Assembly (NCBI GenBank): GCA_963708295.1 | Contig: CAVPSJ010000004.1 | Location: 832,001-896,000, forward strand | Direction: 5' to 3' | DNA length: 64,000 nucleotides | DNA from: an uncultured delta proteobacterium | GTDB taxonomy: Bacteria; Desulfobacterota; BSN033; UBA1163 | Shown here: piece by piece, positions 59,300-64,000 of the stretch | Position numbering within the stretch: position 1 is the first letter of the stretch | Layout of the letters: every line of letters begins with the position of its first letter | Program-made: the position numbers and the translations under genes | The notes under the pieces: generated by a model | Told to the model about the DNA's origin: nothing | Database searches by the model: none | Seen by the model: the letters and a program-made list of their open reading frames with translations, nothing else

Positions 59300-60754
59300 A
59301 TGAACCAACTTGAAGCTGACATCATCGTTGTTGCAGCAGGGGCTTCCGGGTTGCCGGCGGCCATCACCGCAGCCCAGGGCGGCGCCAAGGTCATCGTGTT
59401 TGAGAAAGGATCGACGACCGGCGGGACGGGCAATATGGGGATGGGGCCCTTTGGCGTGGAAAGCAGACTGCAGCGCTTGAAGCAGGTAAAACTGACAAGA
59501 GACGAAGCCTTTAGGATATTCATGGACTACACCCACTGGCGTGTCGATGCCCAGTTGGTGAGGGCCTACATCGACAAAGCAGCCACCGGCATCGAATGGC
59601 TGGAGAAACTGGGAGTTGAATTTGTGGAGCCGGCTACTTATTTCCCCGGAGGAAATTACACCTGGCATCTGGTGAAGCCGGCAACGGGTCAGCCCGGACC
59701 GATGGCTTCGGGCACCATGATGAAGATTTTGACGGACAGGGCAAAAGAACTAGGGGTTAAAATTCTTCTGCAGACGCCGGTCAATAAGATTCTTAAACAA
59801 GGGGACCGCGTTACAGGGGTGGCGGCGGAAGACAAATCCGGGGAGCCTATCCAAGCCAAGGCCAAGGCCGTGGTCATCGGAACCGGCGGATTCGGCGACA
59901 ATCCGGACATGATCAAAAAATATACTGGATTTGAATGGGGCAAGGATCTCTTCTCCTTCAGGATCCCCGGCATGGTGGGCGACGGGATCCGAATGGCCTG
60001 GGAAGTGGGAGCTGCGCCGACTGAAATGACCATGGAAATGATCTACGGGATGCCCGGCGAATTGGATCCGAGACTCCATGAAACCTTTCGTCAGCCCCAC
60101 CTCATGGTCAACCTGTTGGGGGAGCGCTTCTTCAATGAAGAGATCATGCCCAATACCACATTCACGGGCAACGCAATCGCCAGGCAAAAAAATAGAGCGG
60201 CCTTCCTCATCTTCGATGAAAACATAAAGAAGCATATGGAGACCGTCGGATACGATTTCGTGAGCGTTGTTTTCCCTTTCACGAAAGTTGACAATCTCGA
60301 TGCCCTGATCAAAGAGGCCTTTGATAAAGGATACAAGGATGTATTCGTCGCGGATTCTTTGGAAGAATTGGCCGGTAAGACAGGAATCGACCCGGATGGG
60401 TTGAAAGGAACTGTGGAACAGTACAATAAATTCTGCGAGAAAGGCTGGGATGATATCTTTAACAAAAGTCATAAATATCTCAGGCCGGTGAGAACCCCAA
60501 AATTTTACGCCGCAAGACATTTACCCGGTGCGTATGGCACTCTCGGGGGAATTAAGATCAACCACAAGACAGAGGTTCTGAACAAGGATTGGAAGAAAAT
60601 TCCAGGGCTTTATGCGGTAGGAACGGACGCCTGCACAATATACGGCGACAGTTATGTCTTCGTTCTCCCGGGCAACACCATGGGCTTTGCCATTAATACC
60701 GGTCGCATTGCCGGGGAAAACGCGTTGGAATACATCAAGTCCGTCAGTCTGTAA
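59300..60754 (+). CDS. FAD-dependent oxidoreductase (fumarate reductase flavoprotein-like superfamily)
   Basis: AAGASG, IGTGGFG, GDGI.MA, GERFFNE, GTLGGIKIN, IPGLYAVG, GRIAG. Confidence 0.9.
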   Translation: MNQLEADIIVVAAGASGLPAAITAAQGGAKVIVFEKGSTTGGTGNMGMGPFGVESRLQRLKQVKLTRDEAFRIFMDYTHWRVDAQLVRAYIDKAATGIEWLEKLGVEFVEPATYFPGGNYTWHLVKPATGQPGPMASGTMMKILTDRAKELGVKILLQTPVNKILKQGDRVTGVAAEDKSGEPIQAKAKAVVIGTGGFGDNPDMIKKYTGFEWGKDLFSFRIPGMVGDGIRMAWEVGAAPTEMTMEMIYGMPGELDPRLHETFRQPHLMVNLLGERFFNEEIMPNTTFTGNAIARQKNRAAFLIFDENIKKHMETVGYDFVSVVFPFTKVDNLDALIKEAFDKGYKDVFVADSLEELAGKTGIDPDGLKGTVEQYNKFCEKGWDDIFNKSHKYLRPVRTPKFYAARHLPGAYGTLGGIKINHKTEVLNKDWKKIPGLYAVGTDACTIYGDSYVFVLPGNTMGFAINTGRIAGENALEYIKSVSL

Positions 60755-60759
60755 GCTTT

Positions 60760-60986
60760 TGACGGAATCACCAAATGAAGAAAGGGATGCGTGCTTTCGA
60801 ATCAAGGGTTTTGACGGTACACAGCCATTAATGAGCAAGAACGTGTCCACAGCTTTTAGCGTGGGACGGAAGGAACCGGAGTCGATCTCCTAGGCGGGAT
60901 TTTATCTTCCGGAGCGTCACCCCCTGCTCGAAAGTAGGGTGACACCCTCCGCAGTACTTCATTCCGATTCTCTTCTTGATTCCCAT
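60760..60986 (-). pseudogene. Small Cys-motif protein (KYCGGC.P ... LINGC), broken
   Basis: IGMKYCGGCHP in one frame, FLLINGC in the next; the end is undefined. Confidence 0.45.
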
Positions 60987-61012
60987 TCGGCTTTTGAAAT
61001 GTTCCCCTCGAT

Positions 61013-61783
61013 CTAAAAAGCCAGCCACCCTCCGTCCACGAAAAGGGTTTGGCCCGTGACGAAGCTCGATGCTTCCGAGGCGAGATAGATGGCTGCTCCG
61101 ATAATCTCTTCGGGCTTACCAAATCTTCCCATTGGAGTCCTTCGGAGCAAGTTTTCTGAGATGATCTTCGATTCTCTCATCCCTTTCGTCAATTCCGTTT
61201 CGAGATAGGCCGGGCCAATGGCATTAACCTGGATGTTATGCTTCGCCCATTCGATGGCGAGGACTTTGGTCAATTGGAGAATCCCCCCTTTTGTGACACA
61301 ATAGGCAACTTGTCGGGGAAAACCCACCACAGCTCCCACAGAGGCCATATTAATAATCTTTCCTCGTCCCTGTTGAATCATTACCTTCCCTACAGCCTGG
61401 GAGAGGAGGAAGGTCCCAGTGAGATTGACTTTCAGAACGTCCTCCCATTCGTCGAGGGTCATCTCCTCCGCCTTTTTCAAGACTGGACTGATTCCGGCGT
61501 TGTTCAGGAGGATATCGATTTCCGGGAAGACATCCAGAGTAGCTTCTATGATCCTTTGGATTTCTTCAGGGTTCCCAATGTCAGCAGAGACGGGTAGTAC
61601 TTTTCCCCCAAAGGCTTCTATCTCTCTTGCCACCCTTTCAAGGGCGGACAGATTTCTGCTCACAATAACAAGGTCAGCTCCAGCCTGGGCAAAACCCCTA
61701 GCAATGGCCTCGCCAATGCCCCGGCTCGCTCCCGTTACAATCGCTGTCTTTCTCTCCAGATTGAAGACCTTCAATCTATCCAT
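61013..61783 (-). CDS. SDR family oxidoreductase (KduD / gluconate 5-dehydrogenase-like)
   Basis: TGASRGIG, NNAG, YCVTKGG, VNAIGP, TPMGR, VDGG. Confidence 0.92.
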   Translation of the reverse strand: MDRLKVFNLERKTAIVTGASRGIGEAIARGFAQAGADLVIVSRNLSALERVAREIEAFGGKVLPVSADIGNPEEIQRIIEATLDVFPEIDILLNNAGISPVLKKAEEMTLDEWEDVLKVNLTGTFLLSQAVGKVMIQQGRGKIINMASVGAVVGFPRQVAYCVTKGGILQLTKVLAIEWAKHNIQVNAIGPAYLETELTKGMRESKIISENLLRRTPMGRFGKPEEIIGAAIYLASEASSFVTGQTLFVDGGWLAF

Positions 61784-63154
61784 ATTTCGAAACTCCGCAA
61801 TGAAGTCGCTATCCTCCAATCGAACCCCGCTTTCCTCTCCCTTCTATCAAAAATTCTTTTTGCTTTGAAAGTGGTTCGTTCGAGGGTATTGAACGGAACA
61901 AATTTAATCTCAGGTGTCACCTGACACTCCTCCCTTAATCCCTTCTTCAACGAAGGTTCAATCCTGGGGATGTCCTCTTCCCTCTTGCACTCCACAACAA
62001 CGGTGCATACTATCGATATTTAGCTGTGGATCTGTGGTCAGTTCGATGCAAAATTCGTCGGAAAGCTCACAAAAACTTCGGACAACCTTCTCCACCTGAA
62101 CAGGATAGAATTTTGCCCCTTTGTAAATAACCATGTCGTCTGCTCTTCCAAGGATGCCTCCCACTGAACGGGCATGGGTTCGGCCGCACTTGCACTTCCT
62201 CTTGTCGAGCGAGCCGAGATCATTCGACCAGTAGCGGATCATCGGGGTGGCTTCTTTCGTCAGGTGGGTGATCACAAGGACTCCGACTTCGCCGGGAGCA
62301 CAGGTCTTCTTCGTTTCCGGATGAATGACCTCAATCAGGAGATGATCCTCTACCCAATGAATCCCTGCCTTCTCAGAACATTCTGAAGCAACCGTTGGAC
62401 CGATCTCGGCAAGGCCGAAGTAATCGAACGCTTCAATGCCCAGTCCCTTTTCGATCTTCTCCCGCGTTGCCGAGACTTCGGCACCCCCTTCTCCACCAAA
62501 GCATCCTATCCTTAAAGGGATGTCCTCAGGTGAAATCCCTCTCTGCTTCAGGCGTTCAGCAATATGAAGGGCGTAGGAAGGGGTGGAGAGGAGGACCGTA
62601 GAGCCTGGGTTAAGGAGGTAATCGATCTGACGTTCGGTCATGGAGGCTCCAATAGGAATGACGAAGCAACCCAGTTCTCGAGCTGCGTAATGAGTGGACA
62701 TTCCAGCTACCCAGAGGCCATAGCTGAATCCGTTCTGGATAATGTCCCCTGGCCGAACGCCAAAGGTCCACATGGTTCTAGCGGTCCAGCGGGAGATATT
62801 TCTTACATCTCTAAAGGACCAGAGGTTATTGACCGGGGCACCCGTCGTTCCAGAGGAGGGGTGGAGCTCCGCCCAGGTTTCCGGGGGGGTCACCGTATGC
62901 CGGCCGAAAGGAGGAAAAGCGAGTTGTTCGTCACGAAGTTCTGTCTTTGTAACAAAAGGACAATAAATGATATCGCTTATAGTTCGCACATCGTCAGGCT
63001 TGACGCCAGCTTCTTGAAATTTTTGTCTGTAGAATTCCGAATCTCGATAGCATCTCTTCAACTGTGCTTTGAGCCGGCGGAGTTGAAGGGCCTCCAGCTT
63101 ATCCCTATCCATCGTCTCGATCTCTGCATCAAAATATTTTCGGGTTTTGTTCAT
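61771..63154 (-). CDS. Phenylacetate-CoA ligase family protein (frameshift near 62010)
   Basis: HPSSGTTG, FSYGLW, YFGLAE, LTKEA.PMIRY, GRADDM..KG. Confidence 0.88.
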
Positions 63155-63428
63155 TTCGCTCCTCATGTCGCAGATTCACGGATAAAAAACGTTTTCCGCT
63201 TTAAACTCTCCACCTTTCGAAAACACGATTTCGTCCACTATTGGGAAGGTCGGAGAATTGAGACAGACGATCTATCTCGCCAAGCTTTTCGTGTTAGCTT
63301 CACAATTCATGGAGGGATAATGCAAAGAAAGCATCTCAGGCAATTTATAGAAACACAGCTATTTTCTTGTATTCCTCGGCTCGTTGCTCCAGTATCAGCA
63401 ATTTCATCTTCGATTTCCTCCTTGGATG

Positions 63429-64000
63429 TTAAACAACGATGATCTCTTTCGGCGTCTTGTGCAGGCAAGGGCCAACGCCTTGCTCCGTCACAAGGTAGTT
63501 GTCAGTCAGAGAACCCCATACCGTCGCGTTGGTGGCCGCAGGGTGAACCGTGATACTCATCCCCGCTTTGATCTTCATCGGTTCATCTTGCCGAATCAGA
63601 GGCCGCTCGACGAGATCATACCCCTGTCCGTGGGCATAAAGCCTTCTCTCGGGAAAGTATCCCTTCTTTTGGAGGAACTCGTTGTTGGCTTCAATGATAT
63701 CTCTTCGGATTCGCCCCGGGCTTCAACAGGCTCAGGGTCAGCTGCTGGGCCTCGATAGAAACGCCGAAAGCATCCTGTAGTTCCTGCGGAGGTGTTCCGA
63801 TCGAGAAGATTCTCCCAAGCTCCGTGTAAAATCCTCCCGGACCGTTCACTTCGACCAACACGGAGACCTGGTCTCCTTCCTGGATCACCCGGTTCTGGAA
63901 GTGCCTGTGCTGAAAGGGAACCGGCGTCCCCGGCCGTCCGGATCCGACAATGACTAACCCCCGCTCGCTCCCGTTCATCGTCGTTGAATAATGGACCTCT
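63429..64000 (-). CDS. M24 (Xaa-Pro peptidase/creatinase-like) family protein, 3' part; frameshift near 63700
   Basis: EVNGPGGFYTELGR, LLKPGA, AHGQGYDLVERP, ITVHP, NYLVTE. Confidence 0.8.

Noticed and set aside
51832-63442. Long antisense ORFs (e.g. 51832-52821, 53084-53926, 57537-58517, 62564-63442)
   Set aside because: They are shadows of well-supported genes on the opposite strand and carry no motifs
1220-64000. Frameshifts in more than 15 genes read as programmed frameshifting or mass pseudogenisation
   Set aside because: They are scattered 1-nt indels in unrelated, otherwise intact genes with no shared slippery motif. Long-read error is the simplest explanation; read-level polishing would settle it.

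Overview
Bacterial genomic DNA, probably from an anaerobic deltaproteobacterium (Desulfobacterota-like); this is inferred from gene content such as rubrerythrin, iron-sulfur flavoproteins and a sigma-54 activator. Many genes are split by 1-nt indels that look like long-read errors. The left ~21 kb holds a glucosylglycerate-type compatible-solute operon, envelope genes (MltB, LepB, MurJ), a B12 radical SAM gene and redox-stress genes. 21-31.5 kb is a GntR-linked uptake/redox block bracketed by a duplicated activator 3' end. 33-60.8 kb is a ~27 kb co-oriented cluster behind a sigma-54 promoter. It encodes an aromatic-decarboxylase-type amidohydrolase, an ABC importer, three CocE/NonD hydrolases, a tannase-family esterase, an atypical ACP with its own AcpS, phosphotransacylase plus butyrate kinase, three extended iron-sulfur flavoproteins, NuoF-like and NuoG/GltD-like subunits and an FAD reductase. 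This cluster is the best candidate for an undescribed system, possibly carrier-protein-linked anaerobic ester catabolism. Intergenic spacers carry several REP/MITE-like palindrome families. No rRNA, tRNA, CRISPR array or intact transposase was seen.
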